Origin: Escherichia coli
GTDB taxonomy: Bacteria; Pseudomonadota; Gammaproteobacteria; Enterobacterales; Enterobacteriaceae
NCBI RefSeq assembly: GCF_003790525.1
Contig: NZ_CP033635.1
DNA length: 64,000 nucleotides
Reading direction: 5' to 3' (one strand)
Shown: piece by piece, positions 51,046 to 60,529 of the stretch
Layout of the letters: each line of letters starts with the position of its first letter
How positions within the stretch are numbered: the first letter of the stretch is position 1
Made by a program: the position numbers and the translations under genes
The notes under the pieces: generated by a model
Seen by the model: the letters and a program-made list of their open reading frames with translations, nothing else
Told to the model about the DNA's origin: nothing
Databases searched by the model: none

Positions 51046-51470
51046 ATCCACCTCAATTAAAAATTGACCCTGTGAAAAATATGGTCGTTTTATAGGGTCG
51101 TCGTAAAAAAGTGACGACGGAAATAATGCGCGGCTATTTTAAAAACGAAGGCGAGTCATTCACCAGATAAATAAATCCAGTAAATTTGATTTAGGGCAAC
51201 AGCGGGTTGCCCCATATAGTCATTTGTCTGATTGACAGTGTAGTGCAAGCAAAAGATTTAATCCTTTAGGCGTAATAAAAAATAATTTATCATGCTAATT
51301 ATTTGATTTTGTTGTTTTTGCAGGCTTATCAGCAAGAGGGAGTATAACGCGATTATTCGCTCATTTTTCAGACATTTGCCATGCTTAAATGTGATGTCAT
51401 CACGTATTAGCATGGCCTTTCCCGTTATACTGCCAGCGTAAAGGATAAGTCACATATTTCTGGAGGGGAT

Positions 51471-53129
51471 ATGATTCTTGAGCGCGTTGAAATTGTGGGT
51501 TTTCGCGGTATCAACCGTTTGTCGTTGATGCTGGAACAAAACAACGTCCTGATTGGGGAGAACGCGTGGGGTAAATCCAGCTTGCTGGACGCCTTAACCC
51601 TGCTGCTATCGCCAGAATCAGATCTCTACCATTTTGAGCGCGACGATTTCTGGTTCCCGCCGGGAGATATCAACGGACGGGAACATCATTTGCATATTAT
51701 TTTGACCTTCCGCGAATCGCTGCCAGGCCGACATCGGGTACGCCGCTATCGGCCACTGGAAGCGTGCTGGACGCCATGCACCGATGGCTATCACCGTATT
51801 TTTTATCGTCTGGAAGGGGAGAGTGCGGAAGACGGCAGCGTGATGACACTCCGCAGTTTTCTCGATAAAGACGGACATCCGATTGATGTCGAGGATATTA
51901 ACGATCAGGCACGCCATCTGGTGCGTTTAATGCCGGTGCTGCGCTTGCGTGATGCCCGTTTTATGCGCCGTATTCGTAACGGCACGGTGCCAAATGTCCC
52001 TAATGTGGAAGTCACCGCGCGCCAGCTCGATTTCCTCGCCCGTGAGTTATCCTCACATCCGCAAAATCTCTCTGATGGGCAGATTCGTCAGGGACTTTCC
52101 GCAATGGTACAGCTGCTTGAGCATTATTTCTCTGAGCAGGGGGCCGGACAGGCGCGATATCGTTTAATGCGGCGGCGAGCCAGCAATGAGCAACGAAGCT
52201 GGCGCTATCTGGATATCATCAACCGGATGATTGACCGACCTGGAGGGCGCTCGTATCGGGTTATTTTGCTCGGCCTGTTTGCTACTTTGTTGCAGGCAAA
52301 AGGCACATTGCGACTGGATAAAGACGCCCGTCCATTGTTGCTGATCGAAGATCCAGAAACCCGTTTACACCCCATTATGCTTTCAGTTGCCTGGCATCTG
52401 TTGAATCTTCTGCCATTGCAGCGCATCGCTACTACCAACTCGGGAGAGTTGCTTTCGTTAACGCCGGTAGAGCATGTTTGCCGACTGGTACGTGAGTCCT
52501 CGCGCGTTGCCGCCTGGCGTCTGGGGCCGAGTGGTTTGAGTACCGAAGATAGCCGACGCATCTCTTTCCACATTCGTTTTAATCGTCCATCATCGCTGTT
52601 TGCACGCTGCTGGCTGCTGGTGGAAGGGGAAACAGAAACCTGGGTTATCAACGAACTGGCGCGCCAGTGTGGACACCATTTCGATGCCGAAGGGATTAAG
52701 GTCATTGAATTTGCCCAGTCCGGGCTAAAACCACTGGTGAAATTTGCCCGGCGAATGGGGATTGAATGGCATGTACTGGTCGATGGCGATGAAGCAGGGA
52801 AGAAATATGCCGCTACGGTACGCAGCCTGTTGAATAACGATCGGGAAGCCGAACGAGAACATTTAACGGCGTTACCGGCGCTGGATATGGAACATTTTAT
52901 GTATCGCCAGGGATTTTCCGATGTGTTCCACCGCGTGGCGCAAATCCCGGAAAATGTACCGATGAATCTGCGCAAAATTATCTCGAAAGCGATCCATCGC
53001 TCTTCCAAACCCGATCTTGCCATTGAAGTGGCAATGGAGGCCGGACGTCGTGGTGTGGATTCCGTACCGACGCTGCTGAAAAAAATGTTCTCACGCGTGC
53101 TGTGGCTGGCGCGCGGTCGCGCGGATTAA
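51471..53129 (+). CDS. ybjD: OLD-family ATP-dependent endonuclease (AAA ATPase plus Toprim), DUF2813
   Basis: ORF track 552 aa; N-terminal P-loop (GENAWGKSS); position between aqpZ and ybjX as in K-12. Confidence 0.85.
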   Translation: MILERVEIVGFRGINRLSLMLEQNNVLIGENAWGKSSLLDALTLLLSPESDLYHFERDDFWFPPGDINGREHHLHIILTFRESLPGRHRVRRYRPLEACWTPCTDGYHRIFYRLEGESAEDGSVMTLRSFLDKDGHPIDVEDINDQARHLVRLMPVLRLRDARFMRRIRNGTVPNVPNVEVTARQLDFLARELSSHPQNLSDGQIRQGLSAMVQLLEHYFSEQGAGQARYRLMRRRASNEQRSWRYLDIINRMIDRPGGRSYRVILLGLFATLLQAKGTLRLDKDARPLLLIEDPETRLHPIMLSVAWHLLNLLPLQRIATTNSGELLSLTPVEHVCRLVRESSRVAAWRLGPSGLSTEDSRRISFHIRFNRPSSLFARCWLLVEGETETWVINELARQCGHHFDAEGIKVIEFAQSGLKPLVKFARRMGIEWHVLVDGDEAGKKYAATVRSLLNNDREAEREHLTALPALDMEHFMYRQGFSDVFHRVAQIPENVPMNLRKIISKAIHRSSKPDLAIEVAMEAGRRGVDSVPTLLKKMFSRVLWLARGRAD

Positions 53130-54118
53130 CCGCGAAACATCGTGGCCATTTGTGGCTGAATAGCGTCGAGCATCTCATAGCGCCGACGGTATTCAGCCCG
53201 TTTTTTACTGGCGATTTCGGCAATCTCTTTTCGTGCTATCTGTGCTGGAAGGCGGTAATGGCGTTCAGCATCACATACGCCGCCAACCGATTCCCAGAAA
53301 GCGTTGTAATCAGCGTGGATCTTGCCTTCTTTATCGCGATAACGCAGGCTGCGGTAAATATGCGTTTCATTGCTGACGGCAATAATCTGCTCTACCTGCA
53401 AACGTTGGGCAAACAGACAGGCCGCTTCCATCACGAGGCGTTTGGGAAATAGCCCGTGGCAGGCTTTCGTCGCATTCTGGATTTCCTGATGTGGGATTTC
53501 CCATTTTGCGCCTTGCAGTCCGCCAATAAACATTGTTCTTTTCCCCTGATATTCACACAGGGTAAACGTGATCTCTGCCAGAGGAATACCTTCGCTGTTG
53601 CGAAACAGGATTGTGCTGTCACCTTCTTTATCCATTGAGATCATCATGGTCAGCTCAAGTGTGAACTGCTCGCCGTTTTTGCCTTCCAGCTTCGCCAGTT
53701 GCAGCCCGGGGGTATTCAAATATAAGCTGAATTCTTCCGCCGACATACACCCGCGGAGTAACGCATAATGGTAACGTAACGCCTCCAGCAATTGCTTACG
53801 GCTAAGATTCGCCGCAAGGTAAGGGCGATGCAGACGCACAGGCAGTCGCGGCTGGCGCGTTAACAACACATTGAGATTAGGCCAGTGGGAAAGTTCGTTC
53901 ATCCACTCAACGCTTAAACGCGGCATAATCAACGAGCGCAGCAAAAATTTCTGGCGAAAACTACGGCGATGCCAGAATTTACCCGGCCGACACTGTCCAC
54001 GTGCCAGACTAAGAAAAAGTGACAGGCTGCTGAGAGATTCAGATGGCGTAAAGGTCCGTTCAGTTAGCTGCGACATATTCATGAAATCAATGGTTATACA
54101 TGACGTCGATTTCACCAT
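53126..54118 (-). CDS. ybjX: VirK-like DUF535 protein
   Basis: ORF track 330 aa; between ybjD and macA as in K-12. Confidence 0.8.
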   Translation of the reverse strand: MVKSTSCITIDFMNMSQLTERTFTPSESLSSLSLFLSLARGQCRPGKFWHRRSFRQKFLLRSLIMPRLSVEWMNELSHWPNLNVLLTRQPRLPVRLHRPYLAANLSRKQLLEALRYHYALLRGCMSAEEFSLYLNTPGLQLAKLEGKNGEQFTLELTMMISMDKEGDSTILFRNSEGIPLAEITFTLCEYQGKRTMFIGGLQGAKWEIPHQEIQNATKACHGLFPKRLVMEAACLFAQRLQVEQIIAVSNETHIYRSLRYRDKEGKIHADYNAFWESVGGVCDAERHYRLPAQIARKEIAEIASKKRAEYRRRYEMLDAIQPQMATMFRG

Positions 54119-54232
54119 TGCGTATCTTAACCAAACATCAATAGTGTGATTACTAACGTAAATTTTAGGGTTTTGTTGATATTTCGTTGAAGTTAATGAC
54201 CCGGATTGGCATATGGAGTATTCAGAATATTT

Positions 54233-55348
54233 ATGAAAAAGCGGAAAACCGTGAAGAAGCGTTACGTTATTGCGCTGGTGATAGTCATCGCCGGACTGAT
54301 TACGTTATGGAGAATTCTTAACGCACCCGTTCCGACTTATCAGACGCTGATTGTGCGCCCCGGTGATTTACAGCAAAGCGTGCTGGCGACCGGAAAGCTG
54401 GACGCGCTGCGTAAGGTTGACGTGGGCGCGCAGGTCAGCGGTCAGTTGAAAACGCTGTCGGTGGCGATTGGCGATAAAGTAAAAAAAGACCAGCTTTTAG
54501 GGGTTATTGATCCTGAACAGGCTGAAAACCAGATCAAGGAGGTGGAAGCAACGCTGATGGAGCTACGCGCGCAGCGGCAGCAGGCGGAAGCGGAGCTGAA
54601 ACTGGCGCGGGTGACGTATTCCCGTCAGCAACGTCTTGCACAAACGCAAGCGGTTTCACAGCAGGATCTCGATACCGCCGCGACGGAGATGGCTGTGAAA
54701 CAGGCGCAAATTGGCACCATTGACGCGCAAATCAAGCGCAATCAGGCCTCACTCGATACGGCTAAAACCAATCTCGATTACACCCGCATCGTTGCCCCGA
54801 TGGCCGGGGAAGTCACGCAAATCACCACTCTGCAAGGCCAGACGGTGATTGCCGCACAACAAGCACCGAACATTCTGACGCTGGCAGATATGAGCACCAT
54901 GCTGGTAAAAGCGCAGGTTTCTGAAGCGGATGTAATCCACCTGAAGCCGGGGCAAAAAGCCTGGTTTACGGTACTAGGCGATCCGCTGACGCGCTATGAG
55001 GGGCAAATCAAGGATGTGCTACCGACGCCGGAAAAGGTTAACGACGCTATTTTCTATTACGCCCGTTTTGAAGTCCCCAACCCCAATGGTTTGCTGCGGC
55101 TGGATATGACCGCGCAAGTGCATATTCAGCTCACCGATGTGAAAAATGTGCTGACGATCCCTCTGTTGGCGTTAGGCGATCCGGTTGGCGATAATCGTTA
55201 TAAAGTCAAATTGTTGCGTAATGGTGAAACACGCGAGCGTGAAGTGACGATTGGCGCACGTAACGATACCGATGTTGAGATTGTCAAAGGGCTGGAAGCG
55301 GGCGATGAAGTGGTGATTGGTGAGGCCAAACCAGGAGCTGCACAATGA
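54233..55348 (+). CDS. macA: macrolide efflux periplasmic adaptor (membrane fusion protein)
   Basis: ORF 54206..55348 trimmed to the ATG at 54233 ([12 protein letters not shown]); HlyD-family coiled coil. Confidence 0.9.
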   Translation: MKKRKTVKKRYVIALVIVIAGLITLWRILNAPVPTYQTLIVRPGDLQQSVLATGKLDALRKVDVGAQVSGQLKTLSVAIGDKVKKDQLLGVIDPEQAENQIKEVEATLMELRAQRQQAEAELKLARVTYSRQQRLAQTQAVSQQDLDTAATEMAVKQAQIGTIDAQIKRNQASLDTAKTNLDYTRIVAPMAGEVTQITTLQGQTVIAAQQAPNILTLADMSTMLVKAQVSEADVIHLKPGQKAWFTVLGDPLTRYEGQIKDVLPTPEKVNDAIFYYARFEVPNPNGLLRLDMTAQVHIQLTDVKNVLTIPLLALGDPVGDNRYKVKLLRNGETREREVTIGARNDTDVEIVKGLEAGDEVVIGEAKPGAAQ

Positions 55349-57291
55349 CGCCTTTGCTCGAATTAAAGGATATTCGTCGCAGCTATCCTGCCGGTGATGA
55401 GCAGGTTGAGGTGCTGAAGGGCATCAGCCTCGATATTTATGCCGGTGAGATGGTAGCGATTGTTGGCGCTTCGGGTTCCGGCAAATCGACCCTGATGAAT
55501 ATTCTCGGCTGCCTGGATAAGGCCACCAGCGGCACCTATCGCGTCGCCGGTCAGGATGTTGCCACGCTGGACGCCGATGCGCTGGCGCAACTGCGCCGCG
55601 AGCATTTCGGCTTTATTTTCCAGCGTTACCATTTGCTTTCGCATTTAACCGCCGAGCAGAACGTTGAAGTTCCCGCCGTCTATGCTGGTCTTGAGCGGAA
55701 ACAGCGGCTGCTTCGCGCCCAGGAGTTGCTGCAACGACTGGGGCTGGAAGACCGTACAGAGTATTATCCGGCACAGCTTTCGGGTGGTCAGCAACAGCGT
55801 GTCAGCATCGCGCGGGCATTGATGAACGGCGGTCAGGTAATTCTTGCCGATGAACCAACCGGTGCACTGGACAGCCATTCTGGCGAAGAGGTGATGGCGA
55901 TCCTGCATCAGCTGCGCGATCGCGGGCATACGGTGATTATCGTCACCCACGATCCGCAGGTTGCTGCTCAGGCCGAGCGGGTGATCGAAATTCGTGACGG
56001 CGAAATTGTGCACAATCCTCCCGCCGTTGAAAAAGTGAATGCTACTGGCGGGACGGAACCTGTTGTCAACACGGCGTCTGGCTGGCGGCAGTTTGTCAGC
56101 GGTTTTAACGAGGCGCTGACGATGGCATGGCGGGCGCTGGCAGCGAATAAAATGCGTACTTTACTGACCATGCTGGGGATTATTATCGGTATTGCGTCGG
56201 TGGTTTCCATTGTCGTGGTGGGCGACGCCGCCAAACAAATGGTGCTGGCGGATATTCGTTCTATTGGTACGAATACTATTGATGTCTATCCCGGGAAAGA
56301 TTATGGCGATGACGATCCGCAATATCAGCAGGCGCTGAAGTACGACGACTTAATCGCCATCCAAAAACAACCGTGGGTCGCCTCAGCCACACCTGCCGTC
56401 TCGCAAAACCTGCGCCTGCGTTATAACAATGTTGATGTGGCTGCCAGTGCCAATGGCGTGAGCGGCGATTATTTTAATGTCTATGGCATGACCTTCAGTG
56501 AAGGGAACACCTTTAATCAGGAGCAGCTGAACGGTCGTGCGCAGGTGGTGGTTCTCGACAGTAATACTCGCCGCCAGCTTTTCCCCCATAAAGCAGATGT
56601 GGTTGGCGAGGTGATTCTGGTCGGCAATATGCCCGCCAGAGTCATTGGTGTGGCGGAAGAAAAACAGTCGATGTTTGGTAGCAGTAAAGTGCTGCGTGTC
56701 TGGCTACCTTACAGCACGATGTCCGGGCGAGTTATGGGCCAGTCGTGGCTGAACTCCATTACTGTCAGGGTGAAAGAAGGATTTGACAGCGCCGAGGCGG
56801 AACAGCAACTCACGCGTTTACTTTCACTGCGCCACGGTAAGAAGGATTTCTTTACCTGGAACATGGATGGTGTCTTGAAAACCGTTGAAAAGACCACACG
56901 TACTTTACAACTGTTTCTGACGCTGGTGGCGGTGATTTCGCTGGTGGTGGGCGGTATTGGTGTAATGAATATTATGCTGGTGTCAGTGACCGAGCGGACG
57001 CGGGAAATTGGCATTCGCATGGCTGTAGGTGCGCGAGCAAGCGATGTTTTGCAACAGTTCCTGATCGAAGCCGTACTGGTTTGCCTGGTCGGTGGCGCGT
57101 TGGGAATAACACTGTCACTGTTAATTGCTTTCACCTTGCAGCTTTTCTTACCCGGCTGGGAGATTGGTTTTTCACCGTTGGCACTGCTGCTGGCGTTTCT
57201 CTGCTCGACGGTCACCGGGATTTTATTTGGCTGGTTACCCGCACGAAATGCGGCACGACTGGATCCAGTAGATGCTCTGGCACGAGAGTAA
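55345..57291 (+). CDS. macB: macrolide ABC exporter, fused ATPase-permease
   Basis: ORF track 648 aa; N-terminal ABC ATPase (GASGSGKST) plus FtsX-like permease domain. Confidence 0.95.
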   Translation: MTPLLELKDIRRSYPAGDEQVEVLKGISLDIYAGEMVAIVGASGSGKSTLMNILGCLDKATSGTYRVAGQDVATLDADALAQLRREHFGFIFQRYHLLSHLTAEQNVEVPAVYAGLERKQRLLRAQELLQRLGLEDRTEYYPAQLSGGQQQRVSIARALMNGGQVILADEPTGALDSHSGEEVMAILHQLRDRGHTVIIVTHDPQVAAQAERVIEIRDGEIVHNPPAVEKVNATGGTEPVVNTASGWRQFVSGFNEALTMAWRALAANKMRTLLTMLGIIIGIASVVSIVVVGDAAKQMVLADIRSIGTNTIDVYPGKDYGDDDPQYQQALKYDDLIAIQKQPWVASATPAVSQNLRLRYNNVDVAASANGVSGDYFNVYGMTFSEGNTFNQEQLNGRAQVVVLDSNTRRQLFPHKADVVGEVILVGNMPARVIGVAEEKQSMFGSSKVLRVWLPYSTMSGRVMGQSWLNSITVRVKEGFDSAEAEQQLTRLLSLRHGKKDFFTWNMDGVLKTVEKTTRTLQLFLTLVAVISLVVGGIGVMNIMLVSVTERTREIGIRMAVGARASDVLQQFLIEAVLVCLVGGALGITLSLLIAFTLQLFLPGWEIGFSPLALLLAFLCSTVTGILFGWLPARNAARLDPVDALARE

Positions 57292-57301
57292 TTTTTGAGA
57301 T

Positions 57302-57332
57302 AAAAATGCCAGCCGATCGGGCTGGCATTTTG
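57302..57332. terminator. bidirectional hairpin terminator between macB and cspD
   Basis: aaaaatgccagccgatcgggctggcattttgcc: stem with an A-run on one side and a T-run on the other. Confidence 0.65.
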
Positions 57333-57363
57333 CCTTTAGGATGTACACAATGAGACAGAAGAG

Positions 57364-57588
57364 CTATGCGACTGCCGCTTCTACTTCGACGGGCACAATA
57401 ACACTGGCGTGATTGCCTTTTGGCCCCTGGTGGACATCAAACTGAACGGATTGTCCAGCTTTTAGCGTTCTGTAACCATCCATCTGAATGGTGGAATAAT
57501 GAGCGAAAATATCTTCGCCGCCGCCTTCAGGGCAGATGAAACCAAACCCTTTGGCATTGTTGAACCACTTAACAGTACCCTTTTCCAT
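57364..57588 (-). CDS. cspD: stationary-phase cold-shock-domain protein CspD
   Basis: ORF 57364..57618 trimmed to the ATG at 57588 (MEKGTVKWFNNAKGFGFI), giving 74 aa. Confidence 0.9.
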   Translation of the reverse strand: MEKGTVKWFNNAKGFGFICPEGGGEDIFAHYSTIQMDGYRTLKAGQSVQFDVHQGPKGNHASVIVPVEVEAAVA

Positions 57589-57808
57589 GCTTCGACATCC
57601 TTCGCAAATCTTATACAAGTAAGATGGAATAAACCGGGGTCAGAGAGGGGGCTGTTCAAAACCTCGCCAACTCTAGAAATACAATTTAGAGAATTAGGGC
57701 GAGCCGTCAAGCATTTGACAGGGGACAGGGGGCAGGTATGAATCAAAAATTTGAAGCAGTTAACGCTATTGACAGGAATGTGACAGATGTCGCTGATGCC
57801 AACGATAG

Positions 57809-57920
57809 ATGATAGTTATTTATCATCTAGTGTTCGCGGGTGTTCGTGGTAGTGTTTTGTGTGCATTCATCGCTATGATTATAAAGGAAAATTTTGTTTT
57901 ACTTGTTCGCTCTTGTTCGT
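57809..57920. promoter_or_regulatory. integrase-proximal repeat cluster (possible att arm-type sites)
   Basis: palindrome GATGATAGTTATTTATCATC (57809-57828) followed by four TGTTCG repeats at 57831, 57841, 57904 and 57914; lies 70-180 bp upstream of int. Confidence 0.35.
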
Positions 57921-57992
57921 CACGGTTTGCCCTTGTACGATGCACGGTGTAGTCAATGGTGTAGTTAATTTTGATGACCGGAAACGCGAAAC

Positions 57993-59231
57993 ATGAGCAG
58001 CGCAATTCATAGACTTAGCGACACTCTTTTACGAAAATTAAGCGGATCACCAACCACAAAAAACGCCTTTTTTAATGACGGTGGCAATCTTAGCGTAAGA
58101 CATTCCACCAGCGGCCTGTTAACCTGGTATTTCACTTACAGGGCCGGAACTGGCAGGCAGGTATCACCGGAACGCCTGAGACTGGGCAACTATCCCGATC
58201 TGAGCCTGAAAGCAGCCAGGGAAAAAGCGGCACAGTGTCGCGCCTGGCTGGCGGAGGGGAAAAATCCACGCCATGAGCTTAATCACACAGTGCAGGAAGC
58301 GTTAGCCCCCGTGACGGTTAAGGACGCGCTCACTTACTGGCTTGAGTCGTATGCGAAGGAAAAGCGCACTGACCACGAATCACTGAAAAGCCGTATCAAT
58401 AAGCACATAATCAGCCAGATTGGTGCTATGCCGCTGGATAAATGCGAGCTACGCCACTGGCTGGCCTGTTTTGACCAGCTTGCTAAGCGTAATCCGGTAT
58501 CAGCCGGCTTTTTGTTGCAGGTATGCAAACAGGCGCTTAAGTACTGCCGTAAACGTCGCTACGCCGTCAGTAACGTTCTTGATGATATGGTCGTAGGTGA
58601 TGTGGGAAAAAAAGCAGAAATAAGCGAGCGAGTGCTAACAAACAAGGAGCTTGGCGAGCTACTCCGCGCACTGGATGAAAAAATTTTCCCGCCGTACTAC
58701 AGCGCTTTAATTCGCCTTCTGATTGTCTTCGGATGCCGTACCACTGAGCTAAGACGCTCCGAGGTTCGGGAATGGGATTTTAAAGAAATGCTCTGGACTG
58801 TGCCGAAAGAACACAGCAAAACGAAGGTAGCAATATTCAGGCCAATACCGGAAGCGATCTTGCCGTTCGTCATGAAGCTGGTGGAGCAGAACAGGCACAC
58901 GGGCTTATTGCTTGGAGAACTGAAAGGGCAATCATCCGTAGCAGAGTACGGAAGAACGGCACACAGACGCATTAATCAAGCCCCCTGGTCGTTGCACGAC
59001 ATCCGGCACACATTTACAACCATGCTGAACGATTTAGGCGTGGATCCGCATATTGTCGAACAGCTTACTGCCCACCAGATGCCAGGAATGCAACGCGTCT
59101 ATAACCACTCCCGTTATCTCGATGCAAAGCGTGACGCTCTTAATCTATGGGTAGACCGTCTCGAGCTTCTCCAGAACAATGATGAAAAAATCGTTGTTAT
59201 GACCCCGCGAATTTACCCCCAAAATTCTTGA
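57993..59231 (+). CDS. P4-type tyrosine integrase
   Basis: ORF track 412 aa; N-terminal DUF4102-like arm-binding region and C-terminal tyrosine recombinase motifs (HDIRHTF ... YNHSRY); not present at this locus in K-12. Confidence 0.85.
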   Translation: MSSAIHRLSDTLLRKLSGSPTTKNAFFNDGGNLSVRHSTSGLLTWYFTYRAGTGRQVSPERLRLGNYPDLSLKAAREKAAQCRAWLAEGKNPRHELNHTVQEALAPVTVKDALTYWLESYAKEKRTDHESLKSRINKHIISQIGAMPLDKCELRHWLACFDQLAKRNPVSAGFLLQVCKQALKYCRKRRYAVSNVLDDMVVGDVGKKAEISERVLTNKELGELLRALDEKIFPPYYSALIRLLIVFGCRTTELRRSEVREWDFKEMLWTVPKEHSKTKVAIFRPIPEAILPFVMKLVEQNRHTGLLLGELKGQSSVAEYGRTAHRRINQAPWSLHDIRHTFTTMLNDLGVDPHIVEQLTAHQMPGMQRVYNHSRYLDAKRDALNLWVDRLELLQNNDEKIVVMTPRIYPQNS

Positions 59232-59650
59232 CAAATTACGGCTGTTTTTTCTTTAAGAGATTACAGCCGTGAATAGATCTTAGAATATCGGGGAATATCT
59301 GCAAATATCTTCTCTTTATATGTGTCAACTATCGAAAAAAATTGAAATGTCTTCTTCTGAGTTCTTATTCTCTGTTTCTTGATTGTTCCAACATCTGATG
59401 GTTTATCTATTTGTTTTTAATGAGGTAATTCAGGTGACATGCCAAATGACGACATTTTTTGTTGCGTCGCTTAAAAACTCGTGACACGATTTTAAACACT
59501 AACGAGCTTCTACGAACCTTAGCGAACAAAGCCTTTAGCATGGTTGTGTTTTTAATTTAAGAGGTGAAAAAGAATCTAAGTAATATCCGATCTCATATAT
59601 CTACAGCTAAGAGAAAAGTTTATATACGTAATTTTTATGTAGGTTTTTGT

Positions 59651-59860
59651 ATGCGTGAAATAAATGAAGATCGCGTAATCCGTGAGGATGAATGTCGTAA
59701 GTTAACTGGAGTGTGTCGCACTACACGCTACGAACTGGAGAAAAAAGGGAGCTTTCCGTCTCGCCGTAATCTTGGTGGGCGTTCTGTAGGTTGGCTGCTG
59801 TCCGAGGTTATGGAATGGGTTAAAAGCCGGGATCGCATTAATTCAGGCAAGGCAGCGTAA
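59651..59860 (+). CDS. AlpA-family phage regulatory protein / excisionase-like HTH
   Basis: within ORF 59564..59860; C-terminal 69 aa match the AlpA pattern (KLTGVCRTTRYELEKKGSFP ... GGRSVGWLLSEVMEWV); alternative GTG start at 59564. Confidence 0.7.
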   Translation: MREINEDRVIREDECRKLTGVCRTTRYELEKKGSFPSRRNLGGRSVGWLLSEVMEWVKSRDRINSGKAA

Positions 59861-59998
59861 AGGGGAGTATATGACACATAAAACAAAGGCGACCGGGGGC
59901 GGTCGCCAATGGGAAAACACTAAACATAAGCCCGAACATCATAGCGATTTGCTGGCTGGTGGGCAATGTGTCCAGTGTGGTGGCTTGCTGGTGGATTG

Positions 59999-60190
59999 TC
60001 AGCCAGGTGGGCGGTTTTTGTTTGCTTTTAAGCGCCGAGGGTATTTCTCGACAAAAGGATCAAGGGCGAACTTATCAGGAACTTTAAGATTTTCAGTGCG
60101 GGTTAATGCCTTATTTATTTCCCTGCGGGTTTTCTCACGCTGGCGCATGATAATTGATAATGCTTTATTTTGTAGTTCCTGGTTATTCAT
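59999..60190 (-). CDS. hypothetical small protein (63 aa)
   Basis: within ORF 59999..60199; ATG at 60190 with AAGGTGA SD; basic/helical composition; convergent with alpA, separated by the hairpin ggcgaccgggggcggtcgcc at 59888-59907. Confidence 0.5.
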   Translation of the reverse strand: MNNQELQNKALSIIMRQREKTRREINKALTRTENLKVPDKFALDPFVEKYPRRLKANKNRPPG

Positions 60191-60247
60191 AATTATCACC
60201 TTTAAAACAATGCGCCGCAGTACCTCACACCACGGCGCTGATAGTGA

Positions 60248-60427
60248 TTATTCTGATTCTTTGGCCTTGCGGCGCTGGCGGTATTCAACTTCTCGCTTTA
60301 ATGCTGCTGTTACAAACTGCCCTGTACTTTCACCAGGCATTTTTACCGCCTCAACATTGTTCATAACTTCATGCGGAACCCTTGCCGCAACTGTTTGTGA
60401 TTTTGCGTTTACTGCTTTTGTCGCCAT
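60248..60427 (-). CDS. putative ribbon-helix-helix DNA-binding protein (59 aa)
   Basis: ATG at 60427, TAA at 60248; below the 60-aa cutoff of the ORF track; strand-helix-loop-helix pattern (TVAARVPHEVMNNVEAVKMPGESTGQFVTAALKRE); directly downstream of the palindromic operators. Confidence 0.5.
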   Translation of the reverse strand: MATKAVNAKSQTVAARVPHEVMNNVEAVKMPGESTGQFVTAALKREVEYRQRRKAKESE

Positions 60428-60477
60428 GTTGTGTACCCCTTACAAAAAACAAATGCAGTATGCAGGAAAAAAAATAA

Positions 60478-60529
60478 GTGTTCAACACTTGGCGTGTTTA
60501 ACACCTAGGCTTAAATTGGTGTTCAACAC
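60478..60529. promoter_or_regulatory. three palindromic operator-like sites GTGTT(c/t)AACAC
   Basis: gtgttcaacac at 60478-60488, gtgtttaacac at 60494-60504, gtgttcaacac at 60519-60529; in the divergent region upstream of the RHH gene. Confidence 0.6.

Noticed and set aside
52205-53023. 272-aa minus-strand ORF inside ybjD
   Set aside because: Antisense to ybjD; Ser/Arg-rich low-complexity translation.
57600-57992. Possible tRNA or tmRNA attachment site upstream of the integrase
   Set aside because: No cloverleaf-compatible sequence or conserved T-arm motif found by eye; needs tRNAscan-SE to confirm absence.
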